The notes below the pieces were generated by a model. It saw nothing but the letters and a program-made list of their open reading frames with translations, was not told the DNA's origin and ran no database searches. From Pelolinea sp. (lineage in GTDB: Bacteria; Chloroflexota; Anaerolineae; Anaerolineales; Anaerolineaceae): DNA of 40,406 bases. Made by a program: the position numbers and the translations under genes. This document shows positions 9,066 to 18,808 of this stretch, one piece after another. Location of the stretch: contig JAUSPC010000063.1 of assembly GCA_030655835.1 (NCBI GenBank), forward strand, positions 1 to 40,406, given 5' to 3'. Numbering within the stretch: position 1 is the stretch's first letter; each line of letters begins with the position of its first letter.

Positions 9066-9500
9066 ATGTTCTTTGGACAGCACGAACACAACATAGATGA
9101 TAAAGGGCGAATAACAATCCCGTCCCAGTATCGCGACTTACTCGATACTGGCGCATATATTACGCGTGGTTTTGAAAACAATTTGATCATTATGCGCACC
9201 GAAGATTTTGATTTACTGTACCACAAAATAAGGGGCTTGAGCATAACCAAAGAGGATACCCGCGATCTGGCTCGGCTTATCTTTGCAAACGCGGCTCTGG
9301 TAGATATTGATAAATCTGGCAGGGTCCTAATTCCTCAGTTCCTGCGATTCGCAATAAATCTAGACAAATCGATCATGCTCGTTGGGATAGGCCCATATTT
9401 TGAAATTTGGTCTACAGAAAATTGGGAGAAAAAGCAAGCTAGGTATGAGGACGGGGAAGAACGAGCTCGAAAATACGAGGGTTTAGATATTACTTTCTAA
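9066..9500 (+). CDS. mraZ: Division/cell wall cluster transcriptional repressor MraZ
   Basis: MFFGQHEHNIDDKGRITIP, second DKSGRVLIP repeat, FEIW. Start moved to ATG 9066. Confidence 0.95.
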   Translation: MFFGQHEHNIDDKGRITIPSQYRDLLDTGAYITRGFENNLIIMRTEDFDLLYHKIRGLSITKEDTRDLARLIFANAALVDIDKSGRVLIPQFLRFAINLDKSIMLVGIGPYFEIWSTENWEKKQARYEDGEERARKYEGLDITF

Positions 9501-9503
9501 TCA

Positions 9504-10442
9504 ATGAACATTTCAGAAAGAAATTCCTCTCCTCATCAACCAGTACTTTACCATGAAAGTCTAAAATACCTTCAACCAAAACCTAAAGGGAAATATATAG
9601 ACGGAACCTTAGGCGCTGGAGGGCATGCCGAGGGCATCTTGACATCCAGCGCACCTGATGGACTGCTTCTGGGATTAGAGTTGGATGATCAGGCAATCAA
9701 CATTGCCAGAAGTAAACTGAGCGCTTTTGAGGACCGATGTTTCATCCGTAAAGCATCCTACGTGAATATGGAAAATCAGTTAGAGGCTCTAGGATGGGAT
9801 TACGTAGACGGCGTTTTACTAGATCTAGGTTTATCTTCCATGCAATTGGATACCGCGGATCGGGGGTTTTCTTTCCTGAGGGAAGCACCTCTGGACATGC
9901 GGTTTGATCCTCAACAAGGCAAGACCGCAGCCGATCTATTAAACTCTCTGCCTGAAAAGGAAATCTCTGACATTATTTGGGAATATTCAGAAGATCCAAA
10001 ATCCAGACAGATCGCCAGACTGATTATCGAAAAACGGCCAATCTTTACTACAACAGAATTAGCCAATTTGATCCTTAAGGTTTATCACGGAAAGCGCGGA
10101 AAGACACACCCCGCAACTCGTACTTTCCAAGCTCTGCGAATTGAGGTTAATAACGAGTTTGAGGTATTAAAGAAAGGGTTAGAGGTTTCACTTAATGTCG
10201 TGCGATCTAGCGGAAGAATAGCAGTCATCACTTTTCATTCACTCGAAGACCGTATGGTCAAGCAATTTTTTCAGAGAGAAAGCACGAACTGCATTTGCCC
10301 TTCAGAGCAGCCAATTTGCACCTGCGGGCATCAAGCAGTGCTAAAAGTGATAACTAAGAAAGCGATAAAACCTTCACAGGAGGAAATTATCACCAACTCA
10401 CGTGCGAGAAGTGCAAAATTGCGCGTGGCAGAAAAAATTTAA
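9504..10442 (+). CDS. rsmH: 16S rRNA m4C1402 methyltransferase RsmH (MraW)
   Basis: HQPVL, DGTLGAGGH, DLGLSSMQLD..RGFSF..PLDMR, HPATRTFQALRI, FHSLEDR, RARSAKLR. Confidence 0.97.
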   Translation: MNISERNSSPHQPVLYHESLKYLQPKPKGKYIDGTLGAGGHAEGILTSSAPDGLLLGLELDDQAINIARSKLSAFEDRCFIRKASYVNMENQLEALGWDYVDGVLLDLGLSSMQLDTADRGFSFLREAPLDMRFDPQQGKTAADLLNSLPEKEISDIIWEYSEDPKSRQIARLIIEKRPIFTTTELANLILKVYHGKRGKTHPATRTFQALRIEVNNEFEVLKKGLEVSLNVVRSSGRIAVITFHSLEDRMVKQFFQRESTNCICPSEQPICTCGHQAVLKVITKKAIKPSQEEIITNSRARSAKLRVAEKI

Positions 10443-10482
10443 TGTAAGTCAAGTTCATTAAAAGCTATAGGCAGAGTGATTA

Positions 10483-10956
10483 ATGGCTAAAAAAAGTAAG
10501 CAGGCATATAAACAGGCACCGTGGAGAAGGCAAATCCAGTCAATTGGATTGTCTTTATTGCCTGTTGTCGCAATTGCGATTTTCATCATGTTATATCTAG
10601 TGATCAGCGCCCAGGCAGCAGCCGCTGGGCTTGAGATCATGAACCTCCATTTTGATGAAGAAGAAATATTACGAAAAATAGCCAACCAAAGAACACAACT
10701 TGCTTTGATCACATCCTTTACTCAAATGCAAAAAAGAGCTGAAAAATTGGGGTATGAACCTGCCTCTGAATCTAATATTCAATATATAAAAATTTCTGGG
10801 TATCAAGGAAAAAATGCTGTGTTGATTGCCCCTCCACCCGGAATTGAAAATGAATCCGCGTTATTAGTTAATGACCTATATAACGAATCTTTGGCCAATT
10901 GGTTCGTTGAGACTTTTTTTATCACGTCCCAAAGTAGTCAGGGAGATGGCTCATGA
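10483..10956 (+). CDS. ftsL: FtsL-like bitopic cell division protein
   Basis: Sits between rsmH and the PBP gene. Basic N-terminus, single TM helix, coiled coil ending in RAEKLGY. Confidence 0.6.
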   Translation: MAKKSKQAYKQAPWRRQIQSIGLSLLPVVAIAIFIMLYLVISAQAAAAGLEIMNLHFDEEEILRKIANQRTQLALITSFTQMQKRAEKLGYEPASESNIQYIKISGYQGKNAVLIAPPPGIENESALLVNDLYNESLANWFVETFFITSQSSQGDGS

Positions 10957-12737
10957 AGAAAAACTATCTCTCCCGCATAAATCTCATCGGGCTGTCTTTT
11001 TCACTGGCAAGCATATTGATCGTGTTGCAAATGGTCCGAATTCAGAACAGCACTAAACACCAAGAGTTGAGCCGTTGGGCAGATGCGGAATATTCATACG
11101 CAATCGAAAATTATTATCCTGAACGAGGAAATATTTATGATCGATGGGGGCGTTTATTGGCTGGTAACGAAGATGTTTACGAGGTTGGCGTAATGTTGGA
11201 GTACGTTACCAATCCCGCCACGATTGCGCAAACTTTAAATGGGGTCAATCAATTAGCTTATCAAGATATTCTCGCTGCAGCGTCAAAGACATATGATTCA
11301 GAAAATAGCGTGTATGCAGTATTAACAGACTTTCTCCCTTCAGGTGTCATTGACGCGCTCAGTCAGATAAAGCAGGAATATGAAATCACAAATCCTTATG
11401 GGAGAAAAGAAAACCTCCCCTCGCTGCGAGGTGTTGTTTGGAATTCGCACTTAAAAAGAAGTTATCCTGAGAATTCCCTCGCATCAAACATATTAGGGTT
11501 TTACTCGTTCATGGACCGCGAGTATGGGGTCGGATATTACGGTGTAGAAGAATATTACAATGACCTGCTTGCTGGGAAACCAATGGAGACCTTTATGCCC
11601 AGGAATCCATACTTATTGGAAGAACTTCCAACCGTTCCCGCTGGAGCCAGCCTGGTGTTAACAATTGACAGGGAAATCCAGGCAATGGTTGAGAAGAAAC
11701 TGGATGAAGCGATTAAAGAATACGAAGCGGAATCAGGAACAGTCATCATCATGGATCCTAGAAATGGCGAGATCCTCGCAATGGCTTCCCAACCAAACGT
11801 AAATTTGAATCAATATTGGAAATATGAAGAACAATTTAAAGGCACAACCCCCTTTAATCGCGCAATCAGTGAAACTTATGAGCCCGGCTCAGTATTCAAG
11901 GTCCTGACAATGGCTGCGGCATTTGACGCAGGGTCAGTAGATGAAGAAACCATTTTCAACGATCCTGGTCGTTTTGAATATGGTGGGAGCACGATTTATA
12001 ACTGGAACCGCCGGGGTTGGGGAAAGCAAACTATGCAGGGCTGTATGCAGAATTCGCTCAATGTTTGCCTCGCGTGGGTCGCTACTGAATTAGGGAAAGA
12101 TGATTTTTATGATTATATGCAAGCCTTTGGAATTGGACGAAGAACCAATATCGATCTAGGAGGAGAAAAGATCTGGCCATTGAGCACACCAGATGATTCT
12201 GATTGGTATCCCATTCAATTGGCTACTAATTCGTTTGGGCAGGGTGTCGCAGTGACCCCTATCCAATTAGCATCCGCTGTTACAGCCGTCGCAAATGATG
12301 GCAAGTTGATGAAACCGCATGTATTGAAAGCAATTATACAAAATGGCAAGCAGTATAATACAACGCCGCAAGTGCAAAGCATTCCCTTAAAACCCGAAAC
12401 TGCCAAGACCATAACCGATATGTTAGAGAAATCCTTAAAAGAAGAAAGCTCTCTCGCCCTTGTTCCAGGATATAACATAGCAGGTAAAACTGGCACTGCA
12501 GAAATTCCCGTTGAAGGAGTTTATGGGATTGACCTGACAAATGCTTCATTTGTTGGCTGGGGACCTGCTGAAGACCCTCAATTCCTCGTTTATGTATGGA
12601 TAGAAAAACCAAAGTCATCCCCCTGGGGATCTGTAGTTGCTGCCCCTGTATTCAGTTCCATCACTCAAGAATTGGTGAAATATCTCGATATTCCACCCGC
12701 AGGTAGCGAGATCAATTTGTTAGCGAAAGAAAGCTAA
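10953..12737 (+). CDS. ftsI: Class B penicillin-binding protein (FtsI/PBP2b-like)
   Basis: RGNIYDRWG, RSYP, GVEEYYNDLLAG, LTID..IQ; SxxK (EPGSVFK), SxN (SLN), KTG (GKTGTA). ATGA overlap with ftsL. Confidence 0.9.
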   Translation: MKKNYLSRINLIGLSFSLASILIVLQMVRIQNSTKHQELSRWADAEYSYAIENYYPERGNIYDRWGRLLAGNEDVYEVGVMLEYVTNPATIAQTLNGVNQLAYQDILAAASKTYDSENSVYAVLTDFLPSGVIDALSQIKQEYEITNPYGRKENLPSLRGVVWNSHLKRSYPENSLASNILGFYSFMDREYGVGYYGVEEYYNDLLAGKPMETFMPRNPYLLEELPTVPAGASLVLTIDREIQAMVEKKLDEAIKEYEAESGTVIIMDPRNGEILAMASQPNVNLNQYWKYEEQFKGTTPFNRAISETYEPGSVFKVLTMAAAFDAGSVDEETIFNDPGRFEYGGSTIYNWNRRGWGKQTMQGCMQNSLNVCLAWVATELGKDDFYDYMQAFGIGRRTNIDLGGEKIWPLSTPDDSDWYPIQLATNSFGQGVAVTPIQLASAVTAVANDGKLMKPHVLKAIIQNGKQYNTTPQVQSIPLKPETAKTITDMLEKSLKEESSLALVPGYNIAGKTGTAEIPVEGVYGIDLTNASFVGWGPAEDPQFLVYVWIEKPKSSPWGSVVAAPVFSSITQELVKYLDIPPAGSEINLLAKES

Positions 12738-12738
12738 A

Positions 12739-14163
12739 ATGATTACAGTATCAAAGATCATTCAAGTATTAAGCAAGAAGGCAACCGCTTCTTTTGAAGT
12801 TCCCATCACAGAAGCTGTGATCGATTCTCGAAAGGTAATTCCAGGTTCTTTATTCATTGCACTACAGGGTGAAAAAATAGATGGGCACAAATTTATTGGT
12901 CACGCGTTCGATCGTGGAGCAAATATCGCTTTAATCAGTAAAGACCTTGAATCAGATTCATTTAAAGTGCTTGATTTGCGTAACATTGATAAAAAAGAGG
13001 ATCTGGCTATCCCCGCTTTTCCCTTTTGCATTCGCGTGGACAATAGCTTAGAAGCCTTGCAAGAAATTGCCAGATATTGGAGAACAAAATTACCGCTTAG
13101 AGTTACGGGGATCACTGGAAGTGTCGGAAAATCGTCTACAAAAGAAATGGTTGCTGAAGTTCTTTCTCGGGAATTTCGCACTTTTAAAAATCCCGGTAAT
13201 TACAATAATGAGATCGGCCTCCCATTGACCATTCTTAATTTAGGGGATGGATATGAACAATTGGTGCTTGAATTGGGGTTCTACTATCCAGGAGAGATCA
13301 CATTTTTGTGTGAAATCTCCCGCCCAGATGTCGGAGTGATCACAAATGTTGGTACCGTCCATGCAGAACGTGCCGGCTCGCAGCAGGCGATCGCAAACGG
13401 AAAATCAGAATTAGTCGCATCTTTACCAGATAAACCAAATGGAACTGCTATCTTGAATTATGATGACCCATTTGTTCGAGAGATGGCAGCAAAAACAAGA
13501 GCAAAAGTTCTATTTTATGGATTGAACCCGAATGCAGATCTTTGGGCCGATGAAATTCAAGGAAAAGGGTTAAAAGGGATCCGTTTCAAAATGCATTATC
13601 AAGGCAGATCAGCGGTTTTGGATGTTCCCATCCTTGGGCGCCACTCAGTTCAAACGATACTTAGGGCATCTGCAGTTGGTTTCGTAGAAGGATTAACCAT
13701 AGAGCAGATCACAGAAGGGTTAATAACCGGGAATTCACAACTCCGTATAGTGGCAGTTCGGACACAAAGCGGTGCGCTCCTGCTTGATGATACATACAAT
13801 GCTACCCCCGAATCAACGATCGCAGCGCTTGACCTGCTAAGCGAACTTTCAGGTCTAAAGATAGCTGTATTAGGTGACATGCTCGAACTTGGGCAATATG
13901 AAGATATCGGGCATAAAAATGTTGGCAGGCGTGCAGCCGAAGTTGTCAACCACCTTATTGCAGTCGGCCCACGTGGCAGAACGATTGCTGAAACAGCAAA
14001 GGAAGAAGGATTGCCCCCTACAGCAGTTACATGTGTAGATAATGCGGTTGAAGCAGCTGAATTACTGCGCTATCACTTAAAAAGTGGTGATGTGGTGCTG
14101 ATAAAAGGATCCCATGGATTAAGAATGGACCGCATCTCTTCAATACTGGAGGCTGGAAAATGA
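12739..14163 (+). CDS. murF: UDP-MurNAc-tripeptide--D-Ala-D-Ala ligase MurF
   Basis: IDSRKV..LFIALQGEKIDGH, ITGSVGKSSTKE, NYNNEIGLPLT, DDTYNATPES, LGDMLELG, LIKGS. Confidence 0.95.
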   Translation: MITVSKIIQVLSKKATASFEVPITEAVIDSRKVIPGSLFIALQGEKIDGHKFIGHAFDRGANIALISKDLESDSFKVLDLRNIDKKEDLAIPAFPFCIRVDNSLEALQEIARYWRTKLPLRVTGITGSVGKSSTKEMVAEVLSREFRTFKNPGNYNNEIGLPLTILNLGDGYEQLVLELGFYYPGEITFLCEISRPDVGVITNVGTVHAERAGSQQAIANGKSELVASLPDKPNGTAILNYDDPFVREMAAKTRAKVLFYGLNPNADLWADEIQGKGLKGIRFKMHYQGRSAVLDVPILGRHSVQTILRASAVGFVEGLTIEQITEGLITGNSQLRIVAVRTQSGALLLDDTYNATPESTIAALDLLSELSGLKIAVLGDMLELGQYEDIGHKNVGRRAAEVVNHLIAVGPRGRTIAETAKEEGLPPTAVTCVDNAVEAAELLRYHLKSGDVVLIKGSHGLRMDRISSILEAGK

Positions 14164-15155
14164 AAGAAACTTCTCTCTCATTAGCCCTGAGCTTTTTAGC
14201 ATTTATCATGACCGTGATCTGGGGCAACCCATTCATTAGAATGCTCAAATATTTTAAAATCGGAAAGATCATCCGTGAGGAAGGGCCTGATAGGCACAAA
14301 GATAAACTCGGTACACCAACCATGGGTGGTTTGATGATCATCGCACCAGTTTTGCTCATAACCGTATTATTAAATGCGGCTACATTATTGGGTTTTGACA
14401 TTCTGGGACAATCCGTATTGATTCCGCTTTTTGTATTAATTACATTTGGTCTTTTAGGAATGGTAGATGATTGGGAAGGGATCCGCGGAAATCGGCGTGG
14501 TCTTGGGATGAGAGCACGAACAAAATTCCTTACCCAACTTGCCATTGGCATCACCACTGCTTTTGCATTGAAATACATCATTGATGTTCCTGAAATGTTC
14601 TGGCCTGGATATGCGGAAGCCTTCGACTTAGGAAATTGGTATATACCGATCGCCACACTTATCATTGTTGGTTTTTCCAATGCAGTAAATTTCACAGATG
14701 GGTTAGATGGCTTGGCGGGGTTGATCTCGGCAACAGCTTTTGCCGCTTATGGGGGTATCGCACTTCTCCAGAATCAATTCTTCCTGGCTCATTTTTGCTT
14801 CACGATTGTCGGTTCATTATTTGGCTTCTTATGGTTCAATGTCCACCCCGCGGAACTCTTCATGGGAGATACTGGATCATTGGCGATCGGAGCAACTCTA
14901 GCAACCTTCTCGTTGATGACCGGACAATGGCTGGTTCTGCCGATTATCGCTATCATTCCAGTCAGCGAGATCATCAGTGTGGTTCTTCAGATCATCTTTT
15001 TCAGATTTACTAAAGGAAAACGATTGTTCAGAATGGCGCCCATCCACCACCATTTTGAATTATTAGGTTGGAGTGAAACTCAGGTTGTTCAGAGATTTTG
15101 GCTGGTTAGTTTAATGGCCGCAATGATGGGTATCGCGATTATTTTAGTGGAGTAA
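14160..15155 (+). CDS. mraY: Phospho-N-acetylmuramoyl-pentapeptide transferase MraY
   Basis: GTPTMGG, DD motif, NAVNFTDGLDGL, FMGDTGSLAIG, FRMAPIHHHFEL.GW.E. Confidence 0.97.
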   Translation: MKETSLSLALSFLAFIMTVIWGNPFIRMLKYFKIGKIIREEGPDRHKDKLGTPTMGGLMIIAPVLLITVLLNAATLLGFDILGQSVLIPLFVLITFGLLGMVDDWEGIRGNRRGLGMRARTKFLTQLAIGITTAFALKYIIDVPEMFWPGYAEAFDLGNWYIPIATLIIVGFSNAVNFTDGLDGLAGLISATAFAAYGGIALLQNQFFLAHFCFTIVGSLFGFLWFNVHPAELFMGDTGSLAIGATLATFSLMTGQWLVLPIIAIIPVSEIISVVLQIIFFRFTKGKRLFRMAPIHHHFELLGWSETQVVQRFWLVSLMAAMMGIAIILVE

Positions 15156-15157
15156 AC

Positions 15158-16537
15158 ATGGTAGATTGGCAGGGAAAGACAATTTTGGTGATAGGAGCTG
15201 CCCGACAAGGGGTAGCTGCCACACGCTTCCTTGCTGCCCATGGATCACAAGTGATACTTACTGATAATCGACCTAAGGAACATTTTGCCGACTTAATATA
15301 TGAACTCAAAAATCAGCCTGTTAAATTTGCCTTTGGAGAGCACCCTTTGGATCTGTTAGAAAAGGTTGATTATGTGTGCGTCTCAGGTGGTGTTCCGCTA
15401 GAATCCCCTCTGGTCCTGCAAGCCAGAAAAATGAATATACCGCTTACAAATGACGCGCAATTGTTCCTTGATCTTGTCCCGGCTAAAGTTATCGGCATAA
15501 CCGGATCTGCAGGAAAAACAACAACTACCACATTGGTTGGCGAAATCGCAAAGTTAGGTGCTGCTCAGTCCAACAAGGTTTGGGTAGGCGGTAACATAGG
15601 CAATCCATTGATCGAAGAGGTTAAGAAAATATCCTCCGAAGATTGGGTGGTCATGGAGTTATCCAGCTTTCAACTTGAACTGATGCACATTTCCCCCACC
15701 ATCGCTGCGGTGTTGAATATAACTCCCAATCATCTGGATCGGCATAAAACAATGCGCGCTTACACTAGCGCGAAAGCAAAAATTCTTAATTATCAGGAGC
15801 CAACCGACTGGGCAATACTCAATCGTGAAGAACCTGGCTCTTACAACCTAAGATCTTTAGTGATCGGAAATGTTTCCACATTCGGGTTTAATAGACCGGA
15901 AAGCGGAATAATGGGTACGTTTTTGGAGAACGATACCATCATGTATTTCGACGGGAATAATTCAACCCCACTCATACCAATTAACTCAATTCAGCTACTT
16001 GGGAATCACAACCTTATGAATTCCCTTGCGGCATGTGCTGTGGCATTCACAGCAGGATTTTCATCGAAAGCTATGCAAGCAGGGATCAGCTCAATCAAGG
16101 GTATTCCGCACCGTCTTGAGTTCATCCGCGACTATAATGGAATCCGTTGGTATAACGACTCGATAGCAACTGCTCCTGAACGGGTAATTGCGGCAATTAA
16201 TACCATTCCTGGCCCATTAGTTCTGCTCTTGGGCGGCCGCGATAAGGAACTTCCCTGGAAAGACCTCGCCGCGCTTCTTCTCCAACGAAAACCAAAAGTG
16301 ATCTTGTTTGGAGAAGCAGGCCCTATGATCAAAAATGAATTGCTCGCACATGAAAATGGTCAACCGATATACCCGATCACTTTAGTTGATGACCTCAAAA
16401 ATGCAGTATCGGAAGCACTAAGTATTGCTGAAAGAAACGATTCCGTTCTTCTCTCGCCCGGAGGGACTAGCTATGATGCATTCCTTGATTTCGAAGAACG
16501 CGGAAATTTATTCCGAGAATTAGTGGAGGCAATTTAA
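15158..16537 (+). CDS. murD: UDP-MurNAc-L-Ala--D-Glu ligase MurD
   Basis: ITGSAGKTTTT, GGNIG, ELSSFQL, NITPNHLDRH, HRLE, NDSIAT, LLSPG..SYD.F..FEERG. Confidence 0.96.
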   Translation: MVDWQGKTILVIGAARQGVAATRFLAAHGSQVILTDNRPKEHFADLIYELKNQPVKFAFGEHPLDLLEKVDYVCVSGGVPLESPLVLQARKMNIPLTNDAQLFLDLVPAKVIGITGSAGKTTTTTLVGEIAKLGAAQSNKVWVGGNIGNPLIEEVKKISSEDWVVMELSSFQLELMHISPTIAAVLNITPNHLDRHKTMRAYTSAKAKILNYQEPTDWAILNREEPGSYNLRSLVIGNVSTFGFNRPESGIMGTFLENDTIMYFDGNNSTPLIPINSIQLLGNHNLMNSLAACAVAFTAGFSSKAMQAGISSIKGIPHRLEFIRDYNGIRWYNDSIATAPERVIAAINTIPGPLVLLLGGRDKELPWKDLAALLLQRKPKVILFGEAGPMIKNELLAHENGQPIYPITLVDDLKNAVSEALSIAERNDSVLLSPGGTSYDAFLDFEERGNLFRELVEAI

Positions 16538-17778
16538 TGAGCCCCAAATCCATCGCAGTCGATCAGAATAAGAAACGCCGTCCGTTAAATCTTGGGGTTG
16601 ACGTCTCACTTCTTGTGGTTGTCATCACGCTTTTGACTTTTGGTCTTCTGATGCTTTATTCTGCTAGCTGGCAGTACGCGGTTTCCATAATGGGACAAAA
16701 ACCCTCCTACCTTCTAGAACGTCAGGTCAGGTTTGTTATCATTGGCGGATTGGCAGCTGTGATCGCATTCTTTTTTGACTATCACAAGATCAAGAAATTT
16801 GTTATCCCTGGAATGGTGCTTACCCTCATCATGCTTCTCCTGGTTATCTTCTACGTCAATGAAGTACGCTTAGGAGCTCGACGGGGACTCTTCCAGGGAT
16901 CCATCCAACCATCAGAAATGGCCAAACTTGTGATCATTATCTATCTTTCTTTTTGGTTGTTCAGTAAGCAAAAATTGCTTCACCATTTCTATTTCGGGAT
17001 GCTCCCAATGGCGGCTATTTTGGGAATTGCCAGCGCATTGATCCTACTTCAACCTGACCTAAGCGCCGCAATCACTATCTTTGTCATTGGTGGGTTGATG
17101 TTCTTCATCGCAGGGGGCGAGATGCGTCAAATAATTCCCGCTTTATTGATTTCGCTCGTCGTTGGACTTTTCTTTGTCTTCTTTTACAGTACAGGAAAAG
17201 AACGCATAACAAGTTTTATCCTAGGTATGCAGGACCCAGAGCTAGCTTCCTACCACCTTATACGTTCGTTTGAAGCAATAGTGAATGGAGGTATTTTTGG
17301 TGTGGGGATAGGCCGTGCGAATACCAAATTTACCGGTTTACCTGTTGCCCCTACTGATTCCATATTCTCAGTGATTGTTGAGGAAACCGGAATTGTTGGT
17401 GCGGCATTTGTAATCATTTTATTTGTTACTTTCCTTTGGCGCGGGTTGACGATCGCAAAAAATTCTCCAGACCTTCTCGGACGACTTTTAGCTGGCGGCA
17501 TATCAATTTGGATATTTATGGAAGCATTCATTAACATGAGTGTGCTGGTGAATTTACTTCCATTTGCGGGAAATGCGCTCCCATTTATCAGTTATGGAGG
17601 TTCGAATCTTACCGTTGTGTTAGCTGGCGTAGGAATCATCATGAGCGTTGCCCGCCAAACAGCAATTAAAACAAATCAAGAAGAAGGGAGGCCCCTCAAT
17701 GCGGTTGTTAGTATGCGCAGGGATGACGGGTGGCGGAATGTATCCCGCTCTCGCCGTCCTTCAAGCTCTGAAAAATAA
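16537..17778 (+). CDS. ftsW: SEDS peptidoglycan glycosyltransferase FtsW
   Basis: Polytopic. LYSAS, SIQPSEMAK, LLQPDLS, PTDSIFSVIVEETG, LPFISYGGS. Confidence 0.94.
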   Translation: MSPKSIAVDQNKKRRPLNLGVDVSLLVVVITLLTFGLLMLYSASWQYAVSIMGQKPSYLLERQVRFVIIGGLAAVIAFFFDYHKIKKFVIPGMVLTLIMLLLVIFYVNEVRLGARRGLFQGSIQPSEMAKLVIIIYLSFWLFSKQKLLHHFYFGMLPMAAILGIASALILLQPDLSAAITIFVIGGLMFFIAGGEMRQIIPALLISLVVGLFFVFFYSTGKERITSFILGMQDPELASYHLIRSFEAIVNGGIFGVGIGRANTKFTGLPVAPTDSIFSVIVEETGIVGAAFVIILFVTFLWRGLTIAKNSPDLLGRLLAGGISIWIFMEAFINMSVLVNLLPFAGNALPFISYGGSNLTVVLAGVGIIMSVARQTAIKTNQEEGRPLNAVVSMRRDDGWRNVSRSRRPSSSEK

Positions 17779-18808
17779 AACCGAATCTGTCTTATGGGTT
17801 GGCAGCCGCAGCGGTATGGAAGAAACACTCCTGTCGCAGTATGCGCTTCCATATACTTCCATCTCCGCAGCTGGTATCCATGGGGTTGATCTGAAGCATC
17901 TCCCCAAGAATGGGTTACAGTTGGTCAATGGTTGGCGGGAGTCCAAAGCAATCCTTAATGAATTCAAACCAGATGTAATCTTTTATACAGGTGGGTACGT
18001 GGGAGTGCCAATGTCAATCGCAGCCCACACAATCCCATCGGTCGTTTTCATCCCTGATATTGAACCAGGGTTAGCACTAAAGATCATCATGCGGTCTGCC
18101 CATGCGATTGCTGTCAACGCAGAAATATCCCGCCAATATATCCCGCATAAGGAAATGACGCACATAACCGGATATCCTCTCAGAAGTGAGATCGTAAAAT
18201 GGTCAGGTCCAGAAAGCCGGAAGCATTTTAATATCCCAATGGATGCGAAGGTCTTATTCGTTTATGGAGGAAGCAAAGGTGCTCGCTCGATCAATCAGGC
18301 TCTATTACCCATACTAGACAAACTAATAAGCAAAATGCATGTGATCCATGTAACTGGCGAAGATAACTGGCAATCAGTTCAAGAAAGCAAAGAAATACAA
18401 AAAGTGCTGCGGTTACCTCAATATCATCCTTTTCCTTTCCTACATGATGATATGGGCGCTGCCTTTAGCGCAGCAGATCTGGCAGTCTGCCGTGCAGGCG
18501 CATCTACTCTTGGCGAGCTTCCATTCTTTGGCTTGCCAGCCATCATGGTCCCTTACCCACACGCCTGGCGCTACCAGTATCAGAATGCGTTATTCTTAGC
18601 AAAAAATGGCGGGGCAGAAATTTTAGAAGATATAAATTTATCACCGGAATTATTCGAAAAGGTTAATGAAATTATCACTGATGAAAAAAAATTAGAGACT
18701 ATGAAAAATAAAATGCAAAAAATCGCGGTGAAAAACGCTGCACAATCAATTGCCAACTTAATCCTGGAAGTTGGTCGGGTAAAACAGGAACAAGGAGGAT
18801 CTAAATGA
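17699..18808 (+). CDS. murG: Undecaprenyl-PP-MurNAc-pentapeptide GlcNAc transferase MurG (divergent)
   Basis: GT28 motifs TGGYV, GGSKGARSIN, RAGASTLGE, VPYP..Q..NA. Start moved to ATG 17699 after GGGAGG. Canonical dcw position. Confidence 0.9.
   Translation: MRLLVCAGMTGGGMYPALAVLQALKNKTESVLWVGSRSGMEETLLSQYALPYTSISAAGIHGVDLKHLPKNGLQLVNGWRESKAILNEFKPDVIFYTGGYVGVPMSIAAHTIPSVVFIPDIEPGLALKIIMRSAHAIAVNAEISRQYIPHKEMTHITGYPLRSEIVKWSGPESRKHFNIPMDAKVLFVYGGSKGARSINQALLPILDKLISKMHVIHVTGEDNWQSVQESKEIQKVLRLPQYHPFPFLHDDMGAAFSAADLAVCRAGASTLGELPFFGLPAIMVPYPHAWRYQYQNALFLAKNGGAEILEDINLSPELFEKVNEIITDEKKLETMKNKMQKIAVKNAAQSIANLILEVGRVKQEQGGSK

Noticed and set aside
10288-10330. Cys-rich CICP..PICTCG insert in RsmH
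   Set aside because: Common in RsmH from many Gram-positive-type lineages, so not novel.
14027-14695. 222-aa antisense ORF opposite mraY
   Set aside because: No recognisable motifs. A typical stop-poor shadow of a conserved membrane-protein gene.
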